This document shows positions 1 to 13,545 of a stretch of 64,000 nucleotides of DNA, one piece after another; the first letter of the stretch is position 1, and each line of letters opens with the position of its first letter. The stretch comes from Vermamoeba vermiformis (lineage: Eukaryota): assembly GCA_045837725.1 (NCBI GenBank), contig JBEWZL010000278.1, positions 1-64,000 of the forward strand. Reading direction: 5' to 3'. The position numbers and the translations under genes are program-made. Below the pieces are notes generated by a model. The model was given only the letters and a program-made list of their open reading frames with translations, was not told the DNA's origin and did no database searches.

Positions 1-1978
1 ATACTTTTTATGAATTTCTTAGAATTCGTGATGTACCTGCCGAGGGAAGCAATGTTATTCGTAAAGCTTGCTTCAACTAGCGGAACGTAGCCCATGGACA
101 CTGCGGTGGATAAAGAGCTGTTGAAAACAGGAATAACTAATAATTTTGATTAGCTATGTATAATATTATTATTATTAGGATAAAACCGGCCGTATTATAA
201 GCTACGATTTTTAAATTTTAAATTTGAATTTGCCGGGCCATTGCTCAGAGGTACTTACAAGTATTGTGATTAATTTTGAGGTCTTGGCAAAATAACAGAA
301 TAAATTCGCGGCCATCACCGTGAATATCATAAAATAAATTGTTTTCGAATAGCACTCGCTCAATAACCCAAGGCTTTATAGCCGAACTCATGCCTAAAAT
401 AATACTTATTAGATTATTATACTTAGTATGATGATTATTGTATTACCAAATCCGGAAAGAGTGTTCTTTACGATGTTATTTGTAATGGTAAAGTCCGACA
501 GAATTGTTTTTTCGGTAACCATTGGCAACACATCCACAAGCGATAGTAAAATACCCAAGCCATTATTTAGGCCCGATAACATATTTTCCATTATATTTGA
601 GTCGATTAAAACCCTATCAAAAAAAAGTTAGTGTACGGATCTGCTAAATCTGACTTGGCTCGAGAAAATACCTTCGTCCAGTTTTGATTTCGATTATATT
701 CTTAACTCCATATGGCGGTGATGTCCATGAGGGATCTTTATAAAAGTGATTTCCTTGAATAACAATATCGCTCGAGACTTCTTCCGGGACCGTGGTTCCA
801 GCGCCGCCAAAAATAACGTTTTCACCAGTAGCTGTTTCAAATATTATTATGCGATATCGCTAAATCGTCATTAAGACAATAATTTAAAGATATAAGTAAT
901 GAATGAAGAAGATTAAGAAAGCGGTAAATTTACTTGGATTTGGCTCGGTTTTCCGATCTAATTGAACTCAGGTGATGTAGACAGAAATTCTAGGTGAACG
1001 ATGTATTAAGAATATAATTACCTGATAAATAGTTGTTTTTGATCAAGAAAGGTCCGAGACCGTTCCATCCGCCAATCGCCTGGGTATCATCTTGGCTTCT
1101 AAAGTTCTCAATGTAGCTATCTTGCACTGCTGAATACTGCGAGTTCAAAGCTACACCTCTTCTGCAATCTGTTTCGCTAGGTCCGTGGATCCAGCACCGT
1201 TCAATGAATAACCAAGCCGGCACATCCGCTCTCATTGTTTGCTCATCGTTACCAAAACGAAATAGACCTATTAATAATACTCATATTAAGCTGATACTAA
1301 GGGCAATTAATGCCAAGGAATATTACCGTAATTAAAATCTGTGGAAGTTACTTCCAAACCGACAAAAAGATAGCGGTTGGCGCCTAATCAGATAATGTTA
1401 ATTGAATGGCATAATATATGTATCATATTGCTTACGAAGTGCAGTTTTAAATACGGGGTCTGCATTGGTTGCATAGACTTTGGCGAGTAGTTCTTTTTTG
1501 GAAGGATCTGCAGATCGAAAGTTAAAACTCGAGAATTTCGTCGAACTCAAATTTATAATTTATACCTATACGAAGACCTCGAGGAATCTCGGCATCAGGT
1601 GTAGAAGTTCTAATTGTAATCCACAAATTACTTAAATTTTCTTTCTCAGGCAAAATAAAATTGCCACTTCGTTCAGAACCTTTAAAAAAATTATATTATT
1701 ATTCACGATTAGTATTATCTTACCTGCTTCCAAGCAGATCGTATCGCCAGGTTTAGCCTGCCGAAAATTGTTAGATCTCATCAAAAATCGCTACAAATTT
1801 ATTTTTACCTCGTTAATAGCCTGCTGCAAATCTGCTGTCGCATTTAGCAGTACTGTGCACGTTGTAAATTCAGGAATAGTCGTATCGAACGTTTTTGGAA
1901 GTTCTGGAGGAGTCCATGAGTGTAGTGAGGAGAGGTGCACAAAACCAAAACGATCGTGAACGCAATATTATAATGCAT
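1..1978 (-). CDS. Secreted right-handed parallel beta-helix (pectin lyase-like fold) protein of bacterial type, multi-exon; 3' end probably runs off the window
   Basis: Spliced translation reads ...WLFIERCWIHG..DCRRGVALNS..DSYIENF..DTQAIGGWNGLGPFLIKNNYL/ATGENVIFGGAG..DIVIQGNHFYK..GVKNIIEIKTGR/VLIDSNIMEN.., a run of beta-helix repeats. A signal-peptide-like start MHYNIAFTIVLVLC at 1978 is out of frame with the following SWTPPELPKTFD, implying an indel near 1920-1940. Confidence 0.7.
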
Positions 1979-2583
1979 TATGAAGAATAATAGTGCTGGT
2001 AATGATGGAAAGCATCGTAATTAATTTCGCGTGAGTAAATAAAGCGGGATACTTGAAAGTAATCAACGAAAACAATCACGTGTCCAAAAAATCTACTAGA
2101 AACGGTAAAAACAAAGATGAGCACGCCATAAACGGTTATTTGACCAAGATTAGCAAATTACGTAAGGATTAAAGGATAACTAACGGCGTGCCAAAATTAC
2201 CTTTCCGAAATATTTTTTTCGATCTGATCAAATGAAATTGTCCAGCGAAGAAAATCAGTAAAATTACTTACTTCCGTAATAAAAATTTTCTTAATTATTG
2301 TCAATAGAGGGTGTAGATAAAACGCAACGCGTCTTGTTTTAATTAACACTTCTTCGGCTTTCACTGGGCATTTCTTAATTCGCATTTAAATTAACAAGAT
2401 TAATTATGAAGTGAGATTGTTGGTCTACAATGACGTAGTTTTGTTGTTTGTTGATCAACAACGAAACTGGCAAGTTAAAAATAGAAAAACCTCTCCTCTC
2501 CAGGCCGCGAGATTTTCTTGGTCGACGATAATAATTTTACATTTAACTCTAGGAAGCACACTATTGTTACTGTGAGTTGCACG

Positions 2584-5500
2584 ATGGATAGTCAAGGAGA
2601 GCTTCCGACCCTCCATCCGAACGTTGTGGAAGGTAAGTAATCAGAAAAATTCTAAAAATCGATTCTCCTCAAAAGGTGGATTATGTAATAATATTACAAT
2701 GGTCAAATTACTTGGCTGAGCCAGATTTACCGAAAAAATAAAATTCTACAATTTAAAGTCCTTTCAAGTTTCGTGTTAGATCATAATATAATTATTTTTA
2801 TCATACAGCCCCTGGCACAGTTTTGCAAGGACATGAGTCATTGAAAACTTCGCATACTTGGTGGAAAAAACCCGTCTCGCAGATCTTGCAAAAGAAGCAG
2901 CTCATAGAAAAATTATCTAAAGGATATGATACCAATTTCCCTCGAGCCGTTATTCAGTCTAGTGGTAAGTCTTATTAAAGATCAAGGAGTAACGCCTCAA
3001 AAATAAATTTCCGATTTAATTTTCCAGATTTAGCTCTTGAGGTCCGGGTTTGCTAACGGAGCACTAAATAATTATTCTAATTTTATTTTTATAGTTGCCC
3101 CTTCAGAGGAGGCCGTAACCGCCTGCCGTTTGATCACAAAATGTTTACAACTTCGAACAAAGTACGAGGCAGAGAATCCGTGCGTAGATCGCATGTTTAC
3201 GCTGGGAACATTTGATCCTATCATGCCGGCATCACAGGTATTAATATCAATCATGATCTTAATTTTAAATCAAACGGAATTGCCGTTTGTGCTCCGATCG
3301 TTTACTGAAAAATTTTAATGCAGCACACTATGAAGACTATTAACGGTATTATACACGCATTTGACGGTGAAACAGGTATGCTATAAAAATATGCTTTTAT
3401 AAGTTATTAATCTGTCTTATAGACGTTACACCGGTCATTAGTGTCGAAGATTATTTGCAAGACTACAAATTGTAAGGCTTTTAATGCTTTTTATTGTATT
3501 CTTAAGCTTAATTTGCTGAAATTTCATCATTTAGTGTCGTCGAGACTGATAATACTGGCCCTGCAAAGACGTTTTCGTACTTCCGTTTGAAGAGTTTGGA
3601 ATTCAAATTCGATTTTCATATTTTATTGAACGATTCGAGAGAACAATTGGCATCACAAGTAAGTATATATATGGTATAACAATCTATACATTTGCTTAAT
3701 CCCTCATGTTTTAGTGGGATCCGAAAGACTTCGAGTCCGTGACCAAGGTCGACACGCACATTCATTTGAGTGCTGCAATGACTTCAAAGCACCTATTGGA
3801 GTTTATTAAGAAGACTGTTAAAGAGCGTCCCGATGTGAGTATAAATCATTATTTGCGAGCATTATAGTGTTATTTATATGTGTTGCAGGATATCGTTAAT
3901 GTCACCAAAGACGGCAAGAAAGAAACTTTGAAAGACTTGTTTAATCGTCTTAACATTAACCCCGAGTACTTTACTTTGGACTCATTAGAGACTCGCGTAT
4001 GTATATATATAACAATCATAGTATTCATAACAAAGCAAGTTTGAAAAATTTGGATCCGGATCTGACGTTTTGGACAGGCTGGTGACACGTTCCAACGCTT
4101 CGACAAGTTTAATATGAAGTACAATCCATTTGGCAAAGGCGAGCTAAGAGATGTCTTCTTAAAGACGGCCAATGTGATTGAAGGCAAATATTACGCTGAC
4201 ATCACAAAGGAGTGCCTGAAGAAGATGGAGAAAAGCAAGTACCAAATGGCTGAGTACCGTGTATCGATCTACGGTCGTAAGGCGAGCGAGTGGGATGAAT
4301 TGGCCAAGTGGGTCGTGAACAACGATCTATTTTCAGCTCACAACCGTTGGGTCATTCAGTTCCCGAGAATTTTCTTCGTGTTGAAGAAAGTCGGTTTGAA
4401 GCACTTCCAAGAACTGCTCGAAAGTAAGATAACGATTTCAATCGTCGAATTCATTGCTAATATCTTCTCAGATATGTTCATGCCTTTGTTCGAAGTAACC
4501 CGGGATCCTTCTTCGCATCCGGATCTCCACAAGTTTTTGACTCATGTTTGCGCCTTTGATAGTGTCGATGATGAAAGCAGAGCTGAGCGTAAATTCGACG
4601 AAAAGTAAGCCTATTTGAGTAGGGAATGAAAATCTAACTGTGATTTCATAGTACGGCGAAGGTTTACCCTGAGAATTGGAACACGGAAGAAAATCCACCG
4701 TACGCGTACTACAATTACTATTTTTGGGCAAATATCACGGTTTTGAACAAGTTCCGAAGACTTCGTGGCATGAAACCGTTCGATTTCAGACCTCACTGCG
4801 GTGAATCTGGTGACTTGGACCATTTGGCCTCGAGTTTCTTGGTCGCCAAGCACATTAACCACGGCATCAATTTGGCCAAGACGCCAGTGCTGCAATATTT
4901 GTATTACTTGAAGCAGATTGGTCTCGCTGTTAGTCCGCTCAGCAACCACCAACTGTTCTTGCAGTACAAGGACAATCCTTTTGCACGGTTCTTCAAGAAA
5001 GGTCTTAACGTGTCATTGTCAACCGATGACCCTCTTCAGGTACGTCTTTCATGTCGTTTTAATATAGCACCCGGTGCTTATTGTCATTCAGTTCCATTAC
5101 ACGGAGGATCCGTTGCTCGAGGAGTACGCAATTGCAGCGCAAAGATGGAAGTTGGGCGTTTGTGATTTGTCAGAAATTGCACGCAACAGTGTCTTGCAAT
5201 CGAGTTTCGAGCACTCTGAAAAGATGAGATGGCTCGGACCTAATTACAAGAAAGAAGGATCTGACGGCAATGACATTCGGTTCACGAATATTCCTAACAT
5301 TCGTATTTGCTACCGTTACGAAACTTTGCAATCGGAACTCAACTTGCTCAAAAGGTACGCAAAAAAAAAAATTCGCTGAAAAAAACAACGATTTAATAAT
5401 ATCTGTCGTATAGATTCAGCACTTCTGGTCAAATGAGCCCTCGTGACATTTCAGTTAGCATGGAGACTACTGAAGCTTTGGGCAAAATTGTCGTTAAAAG

Positions 5501-8089
5501 TCCTCATCCAAGTACGCTTTACTCATCTTATCAAGTGGTTTTTCTGTGCTAATGTAATTATTCTAAGGTCCTGTTACTGATGAAGAAGAATTGGGCGCTC
5601 GCCGCTTGACCAGTGCATTAGAGTTGCGTCGAAAGTACAAACAGCCAATCATTACTAAAGCTAAAGTCGAAGGCCCTGGCTTCACGTCAGGCGTAAGTAA
5701 CGAAATTTCATATTTTTCATAGGAGCGGATCTAATCGTTACTGTTCAATAGTATACGTTCAGATCGCAAGGAGGTGTTTACTACGTGCGTGAATGCATCA
5801 CTGTTGGCGATAGAACGTTCGTTGATCCCACCGCACTCATCGTGTTGCCAAAGTACGCCGAGTTCATTCACGACTACAATAAGATCGTTGAGATATGCCA
5901 TTGCGGTCCTACTGGTACGAAAAAACTATTCAAAAGTGAGTTAGTAACTTAACGTTTTTATATTTGCAGCTACGTTGTCTCACATTCGTATGCGATTGAT
6001 GGAATATCGATTCGAGTTCCATACTTTGTTGAACGGTAGCCGCGAGTCTGACGCAATGAAGGTACCTATAATTGGAATATATGTAGTGCTCGGCAAGCTT
6101 ATTAACATTTTTATATAGAACTTGAAGTTGGACTACTATCATATGTACAAGGTTGATAACAACGTTCGATTGAACACTGGTATGGTCGCCAAACATTTGC
6201 TCAAGTTCATCAAGACCAAGATTAAGAACCATCCTCACGTAAGTCAATGACTATATTAGGCAAGTGCTCGTGATGTACTTACAATATTTCCTTTTTAGGA
6301 TATCGTGTACATGCACGGCGATAACCCTGTGACACTTCAAAAAGTGTTCGATGGCATGGGCATCACGCTTGAAAATTTGACGTTAGATTCGCTTGATGTC
6401 AAAGCTGAAGGCACTTTCCAACGCTACGACACGTTAGAAATGAAAACTAATCCGTTCGGAGTTGGAGAGCTGCAGACTTTGTTCTTGAAGTACGACAACT
6501 TCTCCAAGGGCAAGTACTTCGGTGAATTGGCGCGAGAGTTGTTGAGCAAGAAGAAGAAGACGCCGTATCACTTGTTCGAGTACAGATTGCCATTTTTGGG
6601 AAGGTAAAACTCGTCACGATCGATCGAAAGTATCAAACTTCACCTCGCTCATTTTATTTCCTTTTTTAGAAATCGTCGTGAATGGGATGACTTGGCCGAT
6701 TGGGTAGTAACTAATGGCTTGGATTCATCGCAAATCAACTGGGTCATTGAAATTCCTCGTGGCTACAAAGCGCTTAAAATGAATGGATCTGTTCATTCAT
6801 TCCAGGAACAATTGGACAGTAAGTAAATCGTTCTATCTACAATTTATATATCTAACATACTCTTATTAGACATTTTTGCGCCATTGTTCGAAGTCACTCA
6901 AGGTAAGAGAGGTTTTCAATAGTGGATCCGGATCTAATGAATTTTCTGCACAGATCCATCAACGCATCCAGCCTTGGCCCGCGTTATGCACAAAATTTCG
7001 GCGATTTCTATGATCCCTCACGAGCTCAACAGCTCTTCGACTCATCGCACGATCATTTCAGGAAATGTTTTGCCACGTGACTGGATCAACGACGATAACC
7101 CTTCTGTCGCGTACACGATGTACTACTTTTGGGCTAATTTGCAGTCATTGAACTCATTCAGAAAGAACTTGGGACTTTGTACGGACACTTTTTCTATATA
7201 TGGCAATTAGTCTAATTTCCATTTTTAGCTACGATCAAGTTTGTGCCTCAAAGCGGATTGAGCCTTGAAGTTTCTTCGGGCATTCCTATTGACGTTATGA
7301 TTTCATTCTTATTGGCCGATGGTACGACTCTCATTAACCAAATAAGGAAATAATCCCGTGCCTAACTTTTTTTTCTTTGCAGAAATCTCGCAAGGCATTG
7401 ACTTGGCGAAATCATCGACGCTTCAATATTTGTATTATTTGGCGCAGATCGGAATTTTCATCAGTCCACTCAGTGTCAATAATCTCGTGATCGATTACGA
7501 GAAAAATCCGTTCGAAAAGTTCTACAAACGAGGTCTGGCTGTCACTTTAGCGACTGAAAACCCACTTCAAATTCATATCACGAACGATCCTGTCGCTGAA
7601 GAGTACGCTATTGCTGCTCAGGTACGAAAACTTTTTAAAATCGAAGAGTCAAACCCTAACCCTCGACAAAAATTTTAAGCCGGCTAGCTAAAACTTTGCA
7701 GTTTTTTTACGAGGCTATTGAAATGTGTTACAGAGTGTATTTTAATTTTATTATGATGATTATTAACTTTGATTACTATATTTAGATGTGGAAATTCTCT
7801 ACGTGCGATTTGGCCGAAATTGCGCGCAACAGTGTTTTGCACTCTGGTTTTGACAAAGACGTCAAAACTAATCTCTTGGGCAAACACTACGAGAAAGAAG
7901 GTGTCGAGGGCAACGGTAAGTGCCGTGTTAATATAAGATATAATTATATGGAAGTTAATATTTGCGTTGCTAGATCCGTCGAAGACGAGTTTGCCCAACA
8001 TTCGTGTGAACTTCAGAAGCGAGGCCTGGCACCAAGAACACGAATTCTTACACAGCGTGGTCAATCATAAGTCCGTCGAATACCAGTAA
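2584..8089 (+). CDS. AMPD: AMP deaminase with two tandem AMPD domains (N-terminal intact, C-terminal degenerate)
   Basis: Domain 1 has [21 protein letters not shown] and SLSTDDPLQ. Domain 2 has [20 protein letters not shown] and TLATENPLQ. The linker exons at about 5415-5511 and 5568-5692 splice in frame. Stop TAA at 8087-8089. Confidence 0.9.
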
Positions 8090-8231
8090 AGGCTGAAAAA
8101 AAGCTGTCGATAAAAATCATGATCCGGATCACAAAAGGCCTAAAAAATGTTTTATTTTATTTTTTTAAGTAGTAAATTAAATTAGATTATCATCGATGTG
8201 AAATACTTGTTTATTACTGTCGTACTAGCGT

Positions 8232-9561
8232 TCAATGCTCAATACTGTCACGCAAGCCTTGCAAGAGGCTTAAACGTTCTTTAGATGAGCGCGCAAGACT
8301 GTCAAGTAAGAAATAAAAATTTGTCATTTTCTCCTCTGCGGTTGGATGTGAGTACTTTTGAAATCTTGCAAACTGATTGGCACTATCGTACAAACGAACT
8401 CCATCATCTCCGATCAAATATTGAAGCTTAAGAACGGTATGCAGTCCTCGGATTGTAGAAGGAACGTAACCATCATCACTATCATTATGGAACTCATTTG
8501 AGTAGCCGAAATCTTCATACTTGTGCAGACGGATTAGCAGACAATTTTCTAAAGGTTAAGAAAATTTTCATTAATAATAAGGACTCAATTATTCGTCCGT
8601 GTTCGAGCAATACATTAACATGGATTGGTTATTATGATACTGTTTTAAGATAAATACTACGTACCAAATAGCTCGTATGTTTTAACGTAGTCCGGATCTG
8701 CTTCGATAATTTCCTTGACATTCGATTGGACAATATGCAAGTTGAGCAATACAGTCGGATAATTTAAGTCAAAATTGACGGCAGTTGACGGCCAGTGCTT
8801 GACCTCGTAACAAGTACTGTCGGTCAAAAATTTCGCTGCAAAACACTGACAAATCTGCTCGTCGCCGCGAAGCCAGACAATGACTGACGTAAAAGATTAG
8901 TATGATACTGTATATATTCGACAATGAGAACTTACTTTTTGGTACCTTGAAGTTTTGTAACGCCGATGCGAGAAGATTTTCTTCGTTGGTCATCTTTTGT
9001 TTCTGTTCTTGAACCTGCATATCAAGTTTACTACGCTCTTCTTTTACGAGAAATTCAAATTTTCGTCTTTCGAGTGAGTCTAAATCTGCGACCAAGCTAT
9101 TCAAAAAGGACGGCAACGGAAAAAACTCCGATGTCCGGAGAGGTCTGTATTCGCTTTCCAACGAGTAAACTTCGTCGTGCGAGATCTTTTTCAGTTTTTC
9201 TTCCAATGCACGTTTGACATCAAGCAATCGGTCGTTTGCTCGGACTTTCTTCTTTTCAATGACCATTACATTTGATAGCATTTCTCCGAGCATTTTCCAT
9301 CCTTCTTCATCATTGGCGGATATCCTCGCCCACATTGATTTCCATAGTCGTCTCGCATCCGATTTGACACTTGGATCTGCAATTATTTCAAACTTTGGCC
9401 ATAATGCATTCTCAACCTCGGATTGTTTTTGTTTGCCATTTGGGCTAAACGCCCTCACAACGCTGCCTTATTTAACAAATTTAGACTTCGAAAAACGAAC
9501 GAGTAACCAACTTACTAACCAAGCTGCGTAAGAGGCCCTTGTCATGTTTTTCATCCGTCAT
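8232..9561 (-). CDS. Hypothetical protein: coiled coil plus C-terminal alpha/beta (possibly TIR-like) domain; left member of head-to-head pair 1
   Basis: Four exons splice in frame: MTDEKHDKGLLRSLV/SSVVRAFSP...coiled coil...KVPK/IIVWLRGDEQ...YEVKHW...LLNLHIV...YELF/ENCLLIRLHK...RDSIEH*. Confidence 0.7.
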
Positions 9562-9610
9562 TAGCTGAGTTTGAGCGAGAGTACTGTTGTAACCAGAATT
9601 TAAGCTCGGT

Positions 9611-9876
9611 GTTGCAATAGGAGAAGATCAATTGTTTTTTAAAGTTGACTGTTTTAACACGGCGAAGACTGCACGTTTTTGATTTCAACTTTCATAGTTC
9701 ACACAAATGGATTTTCGTCCATTGAAAATATACCGTGTTGATTTGGTCTTGCACAACCGTTTGTTTGATCGTTTTTGATTTGCCGTGTCGAAATTGTGTC
9801 ACAATTCTCCAACACGGCGTGTTGAAACTTAGTTCGGTTTGGAAATTTAAATAATACCTGTTTCAACACGGCAGAA
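9611..9876. promoter_or_regulatory. Duplicated intergenic element, copy 1; putative bidirectional promoter with clustered AACACGG motifs
   Basis: Homologous in direct orientation to 16437-16713. AACACGG or CCGTGTT at 9656, 9733, 9811 and 9865, with variant CCGTGTC at 9783. Lies between divergent start codons at 9561(-) and 9951(+). Confidence 0.75.
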
Positions 9877-9950
9877 GATCTTTCGTCTCTCCTTAAATAC
9901 GCGTACCTATTTAATTCGACAATATCAAACACTCGTTGGACAACTGCAGG

Positions 9951-10863
9951 ATGGGATCCGTTTTCTACGATGAAAGTACTCTTGACAAAATCATCGCTGA
10001 CGCCATAGATGACGTTATAGGATTGAAAAATGGCACCGATGACTTTGTTACGAGGATTATGGAGTTAAGAAATGCTATGAGCTCCGTGCGTACGAGATCC
10101 GAAGAATTCAAGTTGGCTACCAAAGAAAAATACGAAAGAACGAGAAAAGGAAAGGAACAAGAATTAGATTTCATATCCAGAAATGCATTTAAATATCCGA
10201 ATTCACTCCCAGGCAGTCAAAGATTATTCTGCTCCTGTACGATCCGATCAGACTACTCTTCGTCAGCCTCAAGTCCAACCTTCAGCTCGTATACCTCCGA
10301 AACACATCGCTGTCGAACGTCCTACAAGTAAGAAGTTGTAGCAATTATCCTTCGTTATCTAATAATTAAATCGATTATTATTGACAGAAACGAAAATTTA
10401 CGTCTCAAAAGGTGATTTTCCAAGCAGTATTACCCAAGAACTGCAAAAAATCAACTCTAATTTTGAATATGTCTTTTGGACCGATGATATGTCAGTTCCT
10501 AGTAACTCTTGGCTGTTGCACTTCGAAGACGTGGTTACTCGGCTTGACGACGAAGCACTTCCTAAGAAAATTAAGGACTTAGCCTTAAAATGGGGTATGT
10601 TTTTATATTTCAATATCCGGGCAGTAAATTTCATGTTTTTCTCAGAAAATCGCTTCGTCTTCGTTAAGTTGTACAAGGAGCGCGGAAGTGCTGTCGCAGA
10701 CTATCGTAACAATCAATACGAAAGCGAATTTCTTCCAGGAATAAGAGTAGCAAAAGGGATCTATCGCCTTAATGTGCGCGACAACGGAATCAGCAAATCA
10801 GTCTCGAAGGAAATTATCGATTCGTCTGAGCTTCGAACCATGTTTCAAACTATTGCTAAATAA
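9951..10863 (+). CDS. Hypothetical protein: helical N-terminus plus C-terminal alpha/beta (possibly TIR-like) domain; right member of pair 1 and distant paralogue of 8232-9561
   Basis: MGSVFYDE... then a Pro-rich linker, then /KTKIYVSKGD...FEYVFW...WLLHFEDVV...LKW/ENRFVFVKLYK...TIAK*. Joining the 5' ORF to the linker needs either an intron at 10090-10180 or a 1-nt frameshift near 10170. Confidence 0.65.
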
Positions 10864-11859
10864 ACGTTTAACGATGTTCGAGAAGTTGGTCGGTGAGTCC
10901 CACGCTGAGACAGATCTTTCAGGCCAGTCCTGGTGCAGACCAAAGCCGCGAATACGCATCGATATGTCGTACATGCCACTCGTGCGACTGTCCAGACCAT
11001 TCCAGAACTCGCGCATGAAGAACTGCCATGGCGAATAATAGCCTTGACGAGCAGTGTGATGCACATCAGTGGCTCGTCGCCGCACACTTTGGACTTGAGC
11101 CGTGGCATCAGTGCTCGGTTCGGCTGGTTCCGTAATTACTTGGACTAGCCTACAGCTTAATGACATAGTTACCGGTTTGAGCGCGATGGCATCGGATCTT
11201 GTCCCTAATAGGCATACGTAGGCTGCGGATCAAAGTTTGATGCACACCACGGTACGAAGGCCCAAAGCATTGAACTGCCCAAAGATAAGCTGTTACACCC
11301 ACATCGGCCGTATCAAGCAGTTAGTTCGTCTCTCTCCTTAATCCGTAGCACGAAAAGTTCTTGATCCGAGATTTGTTCTGCAACTCAAAAATTACGTCCT
11401 TACAAAACTGAAAAATATGAGCCATTTTTCGGGTATTTTATCCAGTTTCTGAATGTAAATATCGCACCGCAAAACGCGGATCGCATGCTTGAGTTTCTCC
11501 AAAACGATAGAAACGTGATCAGAAGCTTGAGCGTATCACGCAACTATTTTTGTTTTGATAACTCGGGCACGTCATAAGACTTACTTGACAAGTGGAACGT
11601 TCTTTGGAAGATCCACTCCAGGCGATAAAAGTGCTGCATCCAACAAGTTAATCGTGATTACGATTAAATCATAAATTTGTGGATATAAATATGATAAATT
11701 TGTTGATAATCAAAGAATTTATGGCCAGTACGCCCTTTTACGCAACAAAGTTATCAATAAGATTTTTCTCGTGACTTTTCTCCGCATAATAATGTTAGGG
11801 AAAAAAATCGCATAAAAGTGACATACGTCATCATTATTTCTCTTTTATCAGTCATCATC

Positions 11860-13273
11860 ATGAACGCTAAACTCATTGCCGTCCTGCTTTTGGGCTGCTT
11901 GGCTCTTAGCGCTTTGGCCGATTTCCGCGTGCCTTTGCAAAAGATCAAGCGATCTGCCGCTGAAGAGCGTGCTCGCATTATGAACGCCAAGGAGCGTGCT
12001 ATTAACAAGTACCTCGGAGGCACTAACCCCGTCGACACCTTCAAGAACTACGATGATGTAAGTAAATCAGAATATTTTAATAATATCTTTTTTGCTAAAT
12101 CTGCAATCCAGGTTGAATACATTGGTAACGTTACCATCGGTACTCCCGGCCAATCTTTCCGTGTTGTCTTCGACACTGGTAGCGCCAACCTCTGGGTTCC
12201 TGGCGTTAGCTGCAATGACTACGGCTGCCAAGGCAAGGCCAAGTACAACTCAAAGAAGTCCTCCACCTACCAATCCAACGGTGAGTCCATCTCCATCCAA
12301 TACGGAACTGGCTCCATGGACGGTTTCTTGGACGTCGACAATGTTGGTATTGCTGGAACTACCGTTGCTGGTCAAGTTTTCGGTGAGGCCACTGATCTTG
12401 CTGACTTCTTCAACGTAAGTATTGACGCGTTTACGAAATCGAATATTATTACGGTCATAATTTTTAAATCAAGCTATAATAGAACCGCAAATCAGAGTTC
12501 CTAAATTTAAGCACAAATCTAATAATTTTTTTAGGGTCAACCTATGGACGGCATTCTCGGTTTGGCTTACCCCGCCATTGCTGCCGATTATGTTACCCCC
12601 GTCTTCGACGCTGATGATCAGCCAAAGCCTCGTCTCTCAACCCATCTTTGGTGTCTTCTTGGACTCCAACCCTGGTGATCGCCAATCTGCCATTGATTTC
12701 GGTGAGTAGCATTATTTTCCTTGCGCGCTATCGAATTTAATTCAACACTTATCTTCATTCAAGCTTAAGATACTATCGTCAGATTATTTTTAAAATTATG
12801 TTATTTTGACACTCGCATCTGCAGGAACCATCGATTCTACCAAGTTCACTGGTTCTCTCCAATACGAGCCTGTTGTTTCTCAAGACTACTGGACCGTCAA
12901 GTTGACTGAAGTCAGCGTCAACGGTAACGACGTCTCTGGCTGCCAAAATGGCGGATCTGGATGCCGTGCCATCGTCGACACTGGTACTTCTTTGATCATT
13001 GGCCCCACTGCCGCCGTCAACGCAATGAACATCAACGTTGACCCTGGCTGCAGCGGTATTGACAAATTGCCCGTTATCACCATCAAGATGAAGAAGTTGA
13101 CCTTCAAGATCCCTCCCAAGTACTACGTTATCAAGTCTGAGGGCCAATGCTTCTTTGGTATCCAAGGTGCTGATGGTTTGCCTTTCTGGATTTTGGGCGA
13201 CACCTTCATTCGTGCTTACTACACCCTCTTCGATCGTGGTCAAAACCAAATCGGTTTTGCCCCCGTCAAGTAA
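11860..13273 (+). CDS. Pepsin/cathepsin D-like aspartic protease (family A1), secreted; apparent +1 frameshift at 12610
   Basis: Signal peptide and propeptide, catalytic motifs VVFDTGS and AIVDTGTS, flap YGTGS, DGILGLAY and WILGDTFIR. An extra G at 12610 breaks VFD|LMISQSLV. Confidence 0.93.
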
Positions 13274-13545
13274 ATCTGATCGAGGATCTACAAGACAAGC
13301 ATTTGCGCTTTATTCCTAGCTGTTCTGAATAGTAGGGTAAAGAGTAAATGTGTCCCTTACAAACGCAGGTTTAGTGGCTTTGTGAATTTGCGAATAAAAA
13401 CACTTTTGAAAATCAAATCTGTTGCTCGGTCAAAACTCAATTTTAATAATTAAACGATAAAAAAAAAAAAATCAAAATAAATTTGATGTAGTCATGCCGG
13501 CGCTTACAGAAGCATTATCACAAGCGGATTGCGGATAAAAACCTG

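Noticed and set aside
10864-11340. GC-richer segment with overlapping short ORFs on both strands; possible transposon or gene relic
   Set aside because: Stops in all frames, no recognisable RT, RNase H, integrase or transposase motif, and no terminal repeats.
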